Below, piece after piece: positions 63,628-64,000 of a DNA stretch of 64,000 nt. Location of the stretch: positions 1 through 64,000 of the forward strand of contig NW_027437465.1 in assembly GCF_964204645.1 (NCBI RefSeq). Direction: 5' to 3'. The notes beneath the pieces were generated by a model. That model saw only the letters and a program-made list of their open reading frames with translations, did no database searches and had not been told where the DNA came from. Numbering within the stretch: the first letter of the stretch is position 1; the number at the start of each line of letters is the position of its first letter. The DNA comes from Tubulanus polymorphus (lineage: Eukaryota; Animalia; Nemertea). The position numbers and the translations under genes are program-made.

Positions 63628-64000
63628 ATGGCTTCTGCAGTTATAACTAATATAGGATCGGCAATTGTTAACGCTTTAGCATTTACTGGTGGTGGATATT
63701 TATTTAAATATATTGATAAAAATGGATCATTAACAGAACAAAAAATACATAACTTAGCATTAGAGAAATACAATAAAGCAGCAGAAGAATATAGAGAAAA
63801 GAGGCAAAACTATATGGATTATATTAACAAGGAATTATATGATCAGAAGATTTCACACAGAGATTTTCAATCAGTTGATGATGCAATGAGTTTATATAAC
63901 GCGGTAACAAATAAAGAAAAATTACATCTACATAAACCTACAATATCAGATTATTATACCCCAAGTAATGAACAGAAGAAATATGAAATAATTTGGATTT
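63628..64000 (+). CDS. Partial ORF (>=124 aa, runs off the window): N-terminal hydrophobic Gly/Ala segment plus charged coiled coil; hypothetical virion/membrane protein
   Basis: MASAVITNIGSAIVNALAFTGGGYLFKYIDKNGSLTEQKIHNLALEKYNKAAEEYREKRQ...KPTISDYYTPSNEQKKYEIIWI; open to the window end. Confidence 0.7.
   Translation, partial: MASAVITNIGSAIVNALAFTGGGYLFKYIDKNGSLTEQKIHNLALEKYNKAAEEYREKRQNYMDYINKELYDQKISHRDFQSVDDAMSLYNAVTNKEKLHLHKPTISDYYTPSNEQKKYEIIWI

Larger units (their letters stand above)
61878..63630 (+). promoter_or_regulatory. Recurrent ATAAATG start motif (61878, 62246, 63021, 63378, 63600, 63624)
   Basis: The exact heptamer overlaps the ATG of five consecutive genes plus a mini-ORF; pPolB starts with TTAAAATG. 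Confidence 0.6.
57418..64000 (+). mobile_element. Polinton/Maverick-like endogenous DNA virus, degenerate, left part only
   Basis: pPolB with Polinton-type domain order, a penton-like gene, dense intronless co-oriented small genes, an abrupt switch to very AT-rich DNA, and a 5'-AG(T) start as is typical of Polinton ends. The exact left end depends on whether the palindrome belongs to the element. Confidence 0.88.

Overview
Eukaryotic (probably invertebrate animal) genomic DNA with two sharply separated parts. (1) Positions 1-~57418 are one uninterrupted, single-orientation tandem satellite array of a 118-bp monomer (~480 copies, ~47% GC, very CpG-rich, with ~10-bp-phased A/T tracts and several short dyads). 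The array is layered: a homogeneous 'GCGCAAAAG' domain, then a 'GCGCGAAAG' domain with 5/6-mer higher-order repeats and kb-scale duplications, then a more diverged edge domain with 76-bp deletion monomers. All long + strand ORFs in this part are artefacts of a monomer that has no stop codon in any + frame. (2) The array stops mid-monomer at a 184-bp imperfect palindrome (70-bp arms), followed by a very AT-rich Polinton/Maverick-like endogenous virus. It carries a disrupted protein-primed family B DNA polymerase (two zinc fingers, OTU-like protease, exonuclease with an inserted endonuclease VII/HNH module, Pol motifs A/B/C), a small beta-rich ORF, a disrupted minor capsid (penton) gene and further small genes. 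Five of the six gene starts read ATAAATG. The element runs off the right edge; integrase, ATPase, major capsid and maturation protease genes are not visible here. All family assignments come from motif recognition by eye, not database searches.
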